DNA of 63,957 bases, counting the filler, from Catajapyx aquilonaris (lineage: Eukaryota): assembly GCA_000934665.2 (NCBI GenBank). It is 4 parts of 4 records of this genome, joined end to end, with 100 filler letters (N's around TTAATTAATTAA, not from the genome) between each part and the next. Parts side by side here need not be neighbours in the genome. Positions count along the whole stretch, not along the records: positions 16,030 to 31,913 come from JYFJ02007356.1; positions 32,014 to 47,923 come from KZ539675.1; 2 more parts are not named here. One strand, 5' to 3'. The notes under the pieces were generated by a model. That model was not told where the DNA came from, made no database searches, and saw nothing but the letters and a program-made list of their open reading frames with translations. A program made the position numbers and the translations under genes. Positions within the stretch are counted from its first letter, which is position 1. The number at the start of each line of letters is the position of its first letter. Shown here piece after piece: positions 25,701 to 35,213 of the stretch.

Positions 25701-28310
25701 TACACCAACCTATCCCCTACACCAACCTGCTTCGGTCTGACAACCAAAGTAACTTTTCTTACCCTCCTGAATTTTGACAATTTTTGGAATTTCTAATTCT
25801 GCTTGGCCTATAGTGTTGAGAAAACATCACCTCCGCTGCTAATTTCCACGTTAGCAGGGTGAAAATACAGCCAAAAGATGATGTTCCGAAGCCTCAACAC
25901 TTGCATCCGGTCGCGAGTCTCCGGCCAGCGCCAACGAGGGATCAAGGCAGGCTGTAAAGGTCCGCCATCTTTGATGGTTTTGCCATTGCACTTCACGGCA
26001 AGAACATGTGCTAATTTGAATATTTTTGCTGTATGAGCTCCTTTAATGCACTTTTCTACGTATTAATTCCGTAAGTACGGAAAAAATGTTCAAATTCGTG
26101 CGTGTTCTTGCCGTGAAGTGCCATGGCAAAACCATGAAAGATGGCGGACCTTTACGGCCTGCCTGGACCCTATTTATCCCTCGTTGGCGCTGGCTGGAGA
26201 CTCGCGACCGGATGCAAGTGTTGTGGCTTTGGAACATCGCCTTTTGACTGTATTTTCACCCTGCTAACGTGGAAATTAGCAGCGGAGGCGATGTTTTCTC
26301 AACAGTATAGGCCAAGCAGAATTAGAAAATCCAAAAATTTTCAAAATTCAGGAGGGTAAGAAAAGTTACTGTGGTTGTGAGACGTGTTCATTTAACGATT
26401 TTGTAATTGACTACCACTGAGGAGGTAGGGTTGAATTGGAAGTGGGGGTTGCAAATTTTACGAGACGATTTTCTGGGGTAGCCAAGAAATAAGATTGGGA
26501 AGCAATGCTCTACACTCTACAGCAATACTGGAATTGACAGATCATACACTGCCCTCTTAATGAGAAACGTCCTATCTACAAAACCAGTAAGGACAAACGT
26601 CGCATACAGGCCCTGCACCAGACTTTCCTCCTTACTGGTTTTGTTGATAGGGCATTTCTCCTTTGGATGGCAGTCATGGCCTAACATTAAGCAATCTTTT
26701 GCTCACACATTCTGGATCATTCTGAAGCTGGGCTAATTGTATATACATACCACAAGCCAATCAAAGCCCTTCAGTTGGTAATCCCGCATTATTCCACCTT
26801 CCAACAGACAAGGTTGCACTATCTCATAGCTCTCTTCGCCATATTCAGCCATAATAGAAGGTCTTCCAACAGTGGTAATACCTCTCGCTTCTCGCAAGCT
26901 TGCTAGGTGGCTGTAGGGAACAATCAATCAGAGAGTACTTCATTTAAACAGAAAATACAGGGTGAACATTCCAAATTCGTGGGTCGGTTTTTTATATAAC
27001 TGATATCGCTTGATAGTTATTTTTGGTAGCTTGTGCAGGTGGCCTCTGCTTCTGATCCACTTAAAAAAACTGGATCAGAAGCAGAGGCCACCTGTTCTCA
27101 TTTCCCTCCCTTTTCCACTTTCATTTCATACAAGGTGCAGTCATTAAGTTCGAAGCCCGAATTAAATCTCGGCTCCCATTTAACATATCACGGCCAAATA
27201 TTTATGGCACATCGAGAGACTCTTTAGGGTGCAGAGAGAAAAAAAAAGAGGGCGCTGGCTCATATTCGATAATAGTTCTGGTCGTTTTCCCAAGAGGGCG
27301 CGCAGGAGTTCGGCGATGAGAATAAATAACACAAAATGGCGCCTGAGGGGAGGTTTGAGGAGCAACGCAACTCAATCAAATTTTGTGTGTTGCTGGCCCA
27401 TAATCCCCAGGAAACACTGGGCATGCTGAGGAAGGCATACGGCAAATGTGCCGCTCTCTCATGGCCGGCTGTAAAAAAAGTGGCATCGGCGTTTCCGGGA
27501 GGGCCGAGAGACAACATCGGACAATCCTCGTAGCGGGCGGCCCATCACTAGTCGAGACGCCGATGCCACTTTTTTACAGCCGGCCATGAGAGAGCAGCAC
27601 ATTTGCCGTACACCTTCCTCAACATGCCCAGTGTTTCCTGGGGAGTATGGGCCAGCAACACACAAAATTTGATGGAGTTGCGTTGCTCCTCACACCTCCC
27701 CTCAGGCGCCATTTTGTGTTAGTTATTCTCATCGCCGAACTCCCGCACGCCCTCTCGGGAAAACGACCAGAACTATTATCTAATATGAGCCAGCGCCCTC
27801 TTTTTTTTTTTCCACTGCACCATAAAGAGTCTCTCGATGTGCCATAAATATTTGGCCGTGATATGTTAAACGGGAGCCGAGATTTAATTCGGGCTTCGAA
27901 CTTAATGACTGCACCTTGTATATCTCCACTAGGATTGCCCTATGCCTCAAAAAAAATAAAAAAATACAAAAATAAAAAACACTTCCCCTTCACATGCCAT
28001 TTCTTATGAAAATATCCAAAAGGTTAACTGATTTAATATTTTTAAACTTTCTTACTTCTCATACACGGGTTTCCTCATCATATTTGCTTCCAAATAGTGG
28101 GAATAATCACTACTTCTTTCCAGTAACTCAAGAAGACATTTAAATTGTTCTTCTGGCGTGGGCGATTGGTCATTCTAAAAGAAAACAATTATTAACACAA
28201 CTGTTGGAATAAGTGAGAATCTACACTCAATCATACCTGACTTTCAGATTTGCTCGTGGAAGCAATTTCGCCATCATCTTCATCATCACCAGAGGTGCCT
28301 GGTTGAACAT
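19694..28310 (-). CDS. HELLS: Lymphoid-specific helicase (LSH/DDM1-type SNF2 chromatin remodeler), multi-exon gene span; first exon(s) unresolved
   Basis: Phase-consistent GT-AG exons giving [121 protein letters not shown]. Confidence 0.9.
19818..19940 (-). CDS. HELLS: HELLS exon (C-terminal)
   Basis: GKFS...[15 protein letters not shown], like HELLS DPKELMELLKSRDYE; CAG/GTGAGT. Confidence 0.85.
20002..20161 (-). CDS. HELLS: HELLS exon (motif VI)
   Basis: [48 protein letters not shown]. Confidence 0.93.
20221..20454 (-). CDS. HELLS: HELLS exon (helicase C, motifs IV-V)
   Basis: [37 protein letters not shown]. Confidence 0.95.
20516..20744 (-). CDS. HELLS: HELLS exon
   Basis: [17 protein letters not shown]...[20 protein letters not shown]. 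Confidence 0.9.
20807..20862 (-). CDS. HELLS: HELLS small exon (basic, NLS-like)
   Basis: [27 protein letters not shown]; phases fit both neighbours. Confidence 0.75.
20916..21242. mobile_element. TA-flanked MITE in a HELLS intron
   Basis: ~40-bp imperfect TIR CAGT(C/T)C..TTCATAAAGAAT.GAACGACTCTAT; sits 8 nt from the splice donor at 21250. Confidence 0.75.
21251..21412 (-). CDS. HELLS: HELLS exon
   Basis: [42 protein letters not shown]. Confidence 0.92.
21475..21697 (-). CDS. HELLS: HELLS exon (motif III)
   Basis: [29 protein letters not shown]. Confidence 0.93.
23053..23273 (-). CDS. HELLS: HELLS exon (Walker B, DEGH)
   Basis: [23 protein letters not shown]. Confidence 0.93.
24044..24226 (-). 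CDS. HELLS: HELLS exon (Walker A, motif Ia)
   Basis: [24 protein letters not shown]...[25 protein letters not shown]. Confidence 0.93.
24360..24536 (-). mobile_element. SINE family A (V-domain-like), second copy
   Basis: Reverse complement aligns to 678-850 (GGGCGACATGGTG..GAGTTCGATCCCCGGGTTGG..GGGTTTTCTCGGGGTTCTCC). Confidence 0.85.
24617..25298. mobile_element. hAT MITE
   Basis: CAGGGCAATTCAACT...AGTTGAATACCCTTG with perfect 8-bp TSD ATCTACAC. Confidence 0.85.
25025..25184. mobile_element. 160-bp hairpin MITE nested in the hAT element
   Basis: TA|CAGTGTTGGTCATATATCGAG...CTCGATATATGACCAACACTG|TA, ~63-bp arms. Confidence 0.85.
25456..25737 (-). mobile_element. SINE family B
   Basis: Aligns to the 14651 copy; TSD TGACAACCAAAGT (25443-55, 25738-50). 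Confidence 0.88.
25741..26377. repeat. Long fold-back element (~290-bp arms) in a HELLS intron
   Basis: ~25741-26027 is the reverse complement of ~26080-26377 with scattered substitutions and a small indel. Confidence 0.9.
26548..26674. repeat. Degenerate hairpin (small MITE remnant)
   Basis: ACTGCC..GAGAAA..CCTATC.ACAAAACCAGTAAGGA mirrored by TCCTTACTGGTTTTGT.GATAGG..TTTCTC..GGCAGT. Confidence 0.65.
26751..26910 (-). CDS. HELLS: HELLS exon (Q motif)
   Basis: [32 protein letters not shown]. Confidence 0.9.
27131..27918. mobile_element. Second palindromic mariner derivative made of two 5' ends, in a HELLS intron
   Basis: TA|CAAGGTGCAGTCATTAAGTTCG...CGAACTTAATGACTGCACCTTG|TA; 362-bp arms 27131-27492 and 27557-27918, 64-bp loop; arms encode [27 protein letters not shown] and the loop encodes [20 protein letters not shown]. 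Confidence 0.93.
27548..27712 (-). pseudogene. Intact 54-aa mini-ORF = mariner HTH1 domain (right arm)
   Basis: [54 protein letters not shown]; the left-arm copy from 27336 has a +1 A frameshift. Confidence 0.8.
28056..28174 (-). CDS. HELLS: HELLS exon (N-terminal coiled region)
   Basis: [32 protein letters not shown], like HELLS RLQHLLEKSNIYS; AG/GTAAG boundaries. Confidence 0.8.
28237..28310 (-). CDS. HELLS: HELLS exon (acidic N-terminal region)
   Basis: TAG acceptor, GTATG donor; [24 protein letters not shown] in frame with the next exon. Confidence 0.6.
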
Positions 28311-28489
28311 CTAGACAAAGAAATGTGCTTCATTAATATATACACACCCATTGTGTGACATAGCTGAAAAATTTCATTGTACTGGAAAATAAATAATTGT
28401 CCAGCAGGACATTATGTTGGCCAATCCTAAATTAGTTTTTATTAATAAATCAATATTTACAATATAATTATCACAAAAAATTTATCATA

Positions 28490-28997
28490 CAGTAAAACTT
28501 TTATAAGTCGAATCTCCATGAGCACAGAACTCTATGAGGAAGCGTACCTTTCTATCCAGCGATGAAAGGTGTTCAAAACCTAAAAATAACTAACTATCAC
28601 ACCTACAATGATCCTCATTGTTTTGTTGTAAAAAAATCTCTGTTATGGACATTTGCCTACTCTTACGTTAGATTCAAGGATTCAATTGTCACAATCGAGT
28701 CAAACACGTTTTTTGGTACTTCTGGTAGACGGAGATCAGGAAATTGAGCCTTTCTGTACATGTGGCCTACTCTCTACCCTTCGGCTGGGAAATGAGAAGA
28801 TTTTCCGTACTCGCCAACGTGAACTTCGACTTAGGGAGACTGAAAATGCATCAATATCCCATCGTAAGGCCCTGCTAGCACTTCGAGTTAGGGAAGTTTA
28901 TTTCCTATTATTTTCCATTGTGACCAACCAAGTTCATCATTTTCTTCGACTTAGAGAACTTTGACTTAGGGATGTTCGACTTCTAGAAGTTTTACTA
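28490..28997. mobile_element. pogo/Tigger-like MITE
   Basis: TA|CAGTAAAACTTTTATAAGTCGAA...TTCGACTTCTAGAAGTTTTACTA|TA with repeated CTTCGACTTAG subterminal motifs. Confidence 0.7.
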
Positions 28998-30247
28998 TAA
29001 TTAAAATATTTACATTGGATGGAATGCATGGATGCACTTTCTAGTCTTGTGTGTCACACATTGAGATCTACTAGCAATAGGATTGGCCTTGCACACAACT
29101 GACACAAATAATTCATCACTTTTTATACAGCCCAAATGTTGAAGATGTCAACTTAGGCTATCAATCTACCACCATGCATACTTTATTTATTTATTTTCCC
29201 CATGGGACCCATTGGAGTTTTAGGGGGAGGTACATCTCATCGTCCGGTATTCTACCATAATTATCTTAATCAAACATTGAGATTCTCTTAATCACATTAT
29301 CAATAAATTGTACATATTATACTCATGTAGGATCAAAACAAAAATACATATTATAAATAACTGTGGAGAGTGCATCAGAAATTAATTGTATTGGAGTATC
29401 ATACAACAGACAGGAATCAATGTGTGCCAAGGTAAAAAATTTCTTTTATGTTGCAATTTGATCTTCTTTTATGTTGAAAGATGATACGCTACAGCAGAGG
29501 TCTCAAACAGCCCTCTGCAACCCCATGGGGGCCAATGACTTTTTGACATATTTGTATATTTATGGGCACAATGTTACATATATTATATGTTCTGCAATCC
29601 AAGCCTTGGGCCTTCCATGTGGTCTATATGTATGATCCAAGCTGAAGTTGCACACTGCTGGATTAAAATCCTAGTATCCAGAATCCCATTACCCTTTAGT
29701 AGTAGGGTGGTTCCATTTCAGCCAGTGAGTGAAAAAAGGTGTCAGGTCATAGTCATCGATTTTTTTGAAAAATATATATGTGAAACCCACATCGAATTGA
29801 ACTCTTATGGAACAATCAGTTTTACCAGATTAAATTTAGTTATCGAGTTATTAATATTTCTTTGAAGGGGTACCAAAATCACAATCACGCGAAGACGCAC
29901 TTTTTCCCGCTTTTTCCATTGCTTTCAATGAGGATATCTCGGGAACTGTTCAGAGAACCAACATGAAATTTTTAACTCGTGCTTTTGGAAGAACACGCTG
30001 TTATGTAATGCATAAATTTACCTTATTTAATGGTACAGTCACCTGCAAAAAAATCTCCAACATTGCATATTTTGGTCAAAATTCGCATATTTCGCAATTT
30101 ATTACGGCGTTATGGTAAACGTGACGGTTATGCCGATTATATTTTGTGATATACTCGGTGACCCCCTCCAGGCTATGAAATAAAACCTTCGTTAGCTCCG
30201 CATGTAGTTGAGATATGTGAGGTGAAAATATGGCAACAAGCGAAAAC

Positions 30248-30940
30248 ATGCATATTTCAAAAATTATTTTCTCAAAAAAGCCATTTTTATTTTTATTTTT
30301 TTATTTTACAAGGAAAGGCATGGTATAAAATTACCTGGTGTCAAAACCCCGAATATATTTTTTATACGTGAGATATAAATTTTTGAAAAGTCACAACTTT
30401 TGTAATATTGTGCTACAATATGCACACTTTTTAAAATAAATATTTTCTCGAAGAAGCCATTTTAAATATTTTATTTTTATTTTAAATTTTATAAGGTCGG
30501 ACATGTTATAAAATTAAGTAGTGTCAAAACCCGGTATATATTTCTTATACGTGAGATATAAAGTTTGGTAAAGTAACAACATTCGAAATTGTGCTACAAT
30601 ATGCACACTTAAAATAAATATTTTCTCGAAGAAGCCATTTTGAAAATTTAATCGTTATTTTTTGTATAACAAAGTAGCATGAGTTCGATTATAAAATTAT
30701 ATCAAAATTCGGTATATATTTGTATTCAGTGAGATACGAATTTTTCTCACAGGGGCGATTTTTGTTTCTATGCAACAACATGCACATTTCAAAAATTAAT
30801 ATATGGAAAACGCCATTTTTTATATGCAATATTCTTTTATATTTCATAAAGGAAAGACCGGTTCTGTCATAACATAATATCAAAACCTGGTATAGATTCT
30901 TGATAAATGAGGTACAAATTTATGAAAAGTGGTATTTTTG
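30248..30940. repeat. AT-rich tandem repeat, ~175-180-bp unit, ~4 copies (probably subterminal to the adjacent transposon)
   Basis: ATGCA(C/T)A..AAAAT..TTTTCTC..GCCATTTT..TCAAAAC..TATAT..GTGAGATA recurs at ~30248, 30419, 30600 and 30779. Confidence 0.75.
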
Positions 30941-31176
30941 CTTTCGTTTAGTGTCTTTCAACACCCTTGCAGTTACTTCTAAAGTTATAAACTCATAATG
31001 AATTATAACAATAGTGAAATTTATTTATATTTCGTCAGTTGCAACACTCCGTATCCTATCTCATAGACTTGGGTACAGTTGTTCGCATATTAATATGCGT
31101 GAACTGATATAGTCTAACTTTTGTTGTGAATTTCATTATAGTAAGGGAACTTACATTGACAGTACTTAAGTAGCAG

Positions 31177-31587
31177 TTACTTCCTCTTGTCAGGAGAAGT
31201 GTATGTCTGTGTCATTATTGTACATCCATTGTCCACGAACCAATGATGGCAACTTTGAATCCCTTTCGCCGCTGGAATGGCTACCCATTCATCTTTTTTT
31301 TGCTTCTGGTATGCTTCCACACAATCTTGGGTTACATGTATAATGGTCACATTTTTTAGAGAAGCACTTAATACCCTGGCTAAATCTTCTGCAGACTGGA
31401 TGGCATCTACTGCATCATGGGTCAGATTGCATAGTGTCGCGTGGTGCTTCATTAGTCCTCCGACTCCGTCACGTGGACCTTTCCCATGCCCAGTCGCAGT
31501 GAATATCCATTCCCTTTCTGGACTTGTTTCTCGATAGGAAAGTGCATTCAATTGGTAGCGGTTTTTAAAATGGCTTGCGGCACCACA
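31177..31587 (-). pseudogene. C-terminal fragment of a DDD/E transposase (Sola-like)
   Basis: GAASHFKNRYQ...WIFTATGHGKGPRDGVGGLMKH...IQSAEDL; superfamily assignment from memory of the (D)GAASxFKN / HGKGxxDGxGG motifs. Confidence 0.7.
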
Positions 31588-31913
31588 AAAATTTATATCT
31601 CACATATAAGAAATATATAAGGTAAAGTGGGGGAAGTGCACCCCTGTTTTGTAATAGATCACTTTAAATCATCTGTCGCATCCCACCTGTTCCTTGTATC
31701 TGAATGAAAATTTTGCCTGCAGTTACTCCTGTCCATTACTAAGACACTGTTAGAAGGAGAATGGTTCATAACGAAGTGCTTCCAAGGCAGCAACAATCAT
31801 GCGGAACAATGCATGAGGTGTGCACTTCCCCCGGCACCCGGGGTAAGTGCATCCCTCCCATCCAATTCCTGCATGCAATTATATTTCTGCTACGATGGGG
31901 GCAGTGCGTCATA

Positions 31914-32013
31914 NNNNNNNNNNNNNNNNNNNNNNNNNNNNNNNNNNNNNNNNNNNNTTAATTAATTAANNNNNNNNNNNNNNNNNNNNNNNNNNNNNNN
32001 NNNNNNNNNNNNN
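31914..32013. other. Artificial contig-joining spacer
   Basis: N44-TTAATTAATTAA-N44. Confidence 0.95.
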
Positions 32014-32487
32014 CCCCCACGCCGCTTAAAATTTCAATTTTTCTCTGGAGTTCTCTCCTTCATTTTATTTTATTTGATTTGAAAATTTATATTTCAACTT
32101 ATGGCCACCCTGGGAGGGCAGCTGGCCTTAGGCTTTCCTGCCTGGTGACATCTGGTGCTGAGAATCCACCGGATTTTCTTTTGAATTTTTAATGATTTCA
32201 CATCTATTTCCTATTATTGTAGCCTATTTGAAAAATATTTATTGCAACTCATGGCTGTCCCTAGGGGCCTAGGCTATTGCCTACTCTGCCTAATGGTAAA
32301 TCCGGGGCTGCTTCCCGCTTCGTTTACTTTTTTTTGTATGCCTAAATTTGCTGCCCCTTGAAATCTGCCGCCCTAGGCTACTGCCTAAGGTTGTCTTGCC
32401 GTAAATCCGGCGCCGATTGAAACTTTATCAAGGTAGATTTTTAAAAAGTGCAACTTGTCCCAGCTGGAAAGGATTGACTTTGCAGAA

Positions 32488-33061
32488 ATAATTTTTGTTG
32501 GAAGTTGTTCCTCATAATATTAGATAAAAAAGTGAAACTCAGTTTTTAAATACTGCCCCTTGAATAGTGAAAACCTGGGGTCAAAAGTCGAGATTTTGCA
32601 ATTTTTTTGCACTTGAAATGGCTACAGCAAGCACTAAAAAGCTTCCGGAATTTTAATATAAATTTTTCAAACAATAGTTGATGATGACCAATATTTTGAG
32701 TTACACATTGTTCACAAAAGTATTATTTAGTAAAATAAATGCTAGTTGTGGGCAATGTGGCACCACTGCAAATGGTATATTACACTGCAATCATGCTGGC
32801 ATGCTGTTAAAGTTTTAATACAATTATCGTTCTTGAACAGTATGTGACTAAAAATATTGGCCATAATCAACTGTTGTCTGGAAAATTTATATTAAAATTC
32901 TGGAAGCTTTTCAGTGCTGGCTGTAGCCATTTCAAGTGCAAAAAATTTGCAACATCTTGACTTTTGACCCCAGGTTTTCATTATTCAAGGGGCAGGTATT
33001 TAAAAACTGAGTTTCACTTCTTCATCTAATATTATGAGGAACAACTTCCAACAAAAATTAT
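32488..33061. repeat. Long fold-back element (~230-bp well-paired arms)
   Basis: ATAATTTTTGTTGGAAGTTGTTCCTCATAATATTAGAT...ATCTAATATTATGAGGAACAACTTCCAACAAAAATTAT. Confidence 0.9.
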
Positions 33062-33583
33062 AAGCAATTATGCAGGATGTGGAAAATGCAGGTTTTATAG
33101 TGCCTAAAAAGGCCTATTTCGTGGTTTTGTGCCTATTCTGGCTTTTTACGGCTATTCATGCCCATTTGGGCTTTTTTGGGATAATTTTTGAACTTTTTGA
33201 AGCAATTTCGGGACTTCTTGGGCCTATTCCAGATCTATTCCTTCAGAGGCATGTTTGTTTCTGAAGTATTTTTTGTGCTCCTGAAAGGACCAAAATCGTT
33301 CAGAAGTAATTAGTTTCACTAATGAAAATCTAGACAAATACTTGGTATAACACTGTGCAGGTGGAAACAGGCTATAAGGCATAAGCAATCGAGTGCAGAG
33401 CAAGTGTTACTTTGTCTTTTGCCCAAGTTTTGTGACTTTCTGTCATATTATCGTTGTTATTCAGTTTTTGCTCGGATTTGCGACCATATACAGGTAGTAC
33501 CCGTTTTACGCTGTAATTGGTTCCAGCAAAGTGCAGCTTAAAGTGAAAAGGCGTAAACGAGACAAAATTTTATGGAAGTAAAT

Positions 33584-33906
33584 GAACCGAAGCAGGTTGG
33601 TGTAGTGGTTAAGGAGTCCGCTTGCTAATCGGGAGGTCCTGGGCTCGAATCCCGGGGCCGGCGACCCTGACCGCGGTTTTCTGTGGTTTCCCATGGTCCC
33701 CCTAGGATAATTCCGGAGTTGTTTCCCTAAAAATAGGCCACAGCCGCTTCGTTCCGTTCCTATCCTTGGTCCCACCCCTGCGTGAAGTAAGAGTCAGGAA
33801 AATCTAAGAAAACTGACGGGGGTATGCCAACCCCCTAAAAGAGCTCCACCCTATCACAGGGTAAAATAAATAAATAAATGAATAAATAAATAAATAAATG
33901 AATATA
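33584..33906 (+). mobile_element. SINE family B
   Basis: Aligns to the 14651 copy; (TAAA)n tail; TSD ATGGAAGTAAAT (33572-83, 33907-18). Confidence 0.88.
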
Positions 33907-34621
33907 ATGGAAGTAAATCAGATAGGTTCCAAAAATTTTCCTCAAGCAGTAGTTAAATTGCTGTTTTTAATGCTGACTATTTGAAACATTTATTATGCAC
34001 ATTTAATGGGAGGTTCCAGATTGAGGGTTATCTTGTTCTGAGGCCTCTTTTCCCTTCTTTTGGCAAGAACTGCAATAGACGTATGGTATTTAACAGACTT
34101 CGGAGGATGCAGAGACCTACAATACGGTACTGTATTTATCAGTAGACCCTACACCAAGGCACCACGAAAAACAAAAAAGAGCATTTATGGTCGTGTGTTT
34201 GGACCTTGGTTTGGACTCAGAAGTGTTGCAGTGATGTGTTTATGTTCAGATTGTGTTGTTATCGTCAATCTCTTAACAATTTTTCAATTGTTCAATTTTA
34301 AAACGCCATTTTCAAACTGCTGTTAATGTGAAACGGTGTAAAATGGAGCAGCTTAAAATGGGTACTGACTGTATTTATACGTTAAGGCCTATAAAATATG
34401 TCTCTCTCTTTTGATTTTCTGTAACATTATCCTCCATACTCCCACAAAAGTAAAATTTTTGTGCCTATTTGAGATTTTTTCGTGTTCAGGATGTTTCAGG
34501 GTATTTTCGCGGCTAAAAATCCGGACTCTATAGTCATGAGTCACCATTCATCGTCACTATTGCATTAGGGACATAATGATGCAATATGATCTCCTTACAT
34601 AACTAATGTTTGTTTATGCAG

Positions 34622-34950
34622 AAGGTGATCCAGGAGACTCAACTGGTTGAGAAGGAAGTGGATGCAGCCTTGAGAGAAATGAAGGCAACTGGAGTGAGGA
34701 TAAACAACACAATGAACTCATTCATGATGATGTCGAACTCACAGTTTGTGGAGAATCGGGTCTATGACGATGAGGAGAAGACCAGTCCAGACCCCAAGAA
34801 GGAAGAAACTGCTCAGAGCAAAGAGGAGAGGAAAGCTCAGCTTGTGCCAAAGATAGCCGAAGCCTTGGCCATTGGGATGGCTGTCTTGGACACTGCTTTT
34901 GAGAAAGTCTCAGTTACAGCTAGTGATTCAGAAGAGGAGGACAGTTCCAG
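34622..34950 (+). CDS. WASHC2: WASH complex subunit 2 (FAM21) exon, conserved head domain
   Basis: EKEVDAALREMKATGVRINNTMNSFMMMSNSQFVENRVYDDE...LVPKIAEALAIGMAVLDTAFEKV..SDSEEED, like FAM21 FLMLSNTQFIENRVYDEE / [24 protein letters not shown]/GT. Confidence 0.92.
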
Positions 34951-35064
34951 GTATTTGACCATCTCTAGAGAGAGTGTTTGGGAAACACGAGACTAGCATG
35001 ATATCACAGCTAGAGTGTACCCAAGAGTACACCATTCTGAATTGAAAAGTCCTTAGGCACTTAC

Positions 35065-35213
35065 TGTATCATCAGTTCAAAAAGAATTGTCCCAGTCATC
35101 CTGATGTGTGTGCTGCCCGCTCGACACACACCATGTAACTTACATGGTGTGTGTCGAGCGGCCAGCCCACACGTCAGGATGACTGGGACAGTTCTTTTTG
35201 CACTGTTGATACA
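35065..35213. repeat. Near-perfect 149-bp hairpin with 1-nt centre in a WASHC2 intron
   Basis: ...CGCTCGACACACACCATGTAA-C-TTACATGGTGTGTGTCGAGCG..., arms ~74 bp. Confidence 0.9.

Larger units (their letters stand above)
25314..26507. mobile_element. hAT (Buster/SPIN-like termini) MITE hosting a SINE and a palindrome
   Basis: CAGTGCTTCCCAAACTGTGGGTCGC...ATTGGGAAGCAATG; degenerate TSD CTCTGTAG/CTCTACAC. Confidence 0.65.

Noticed and set aside
28547..28755. Exon-like segments with GT/AG ends as upstream HELLS exons
   Set aside because: They lie inside a pogo-like MITE and the joins I tried give a stop codon or a phase conflict with exon 28237-28310
28310..34622. HELLS and WASHC2 as a head-to-head pair with a bidirectional promoter
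   Set aside because: An artificial spacer (31914-32013) separates them, so linkage is unsupported
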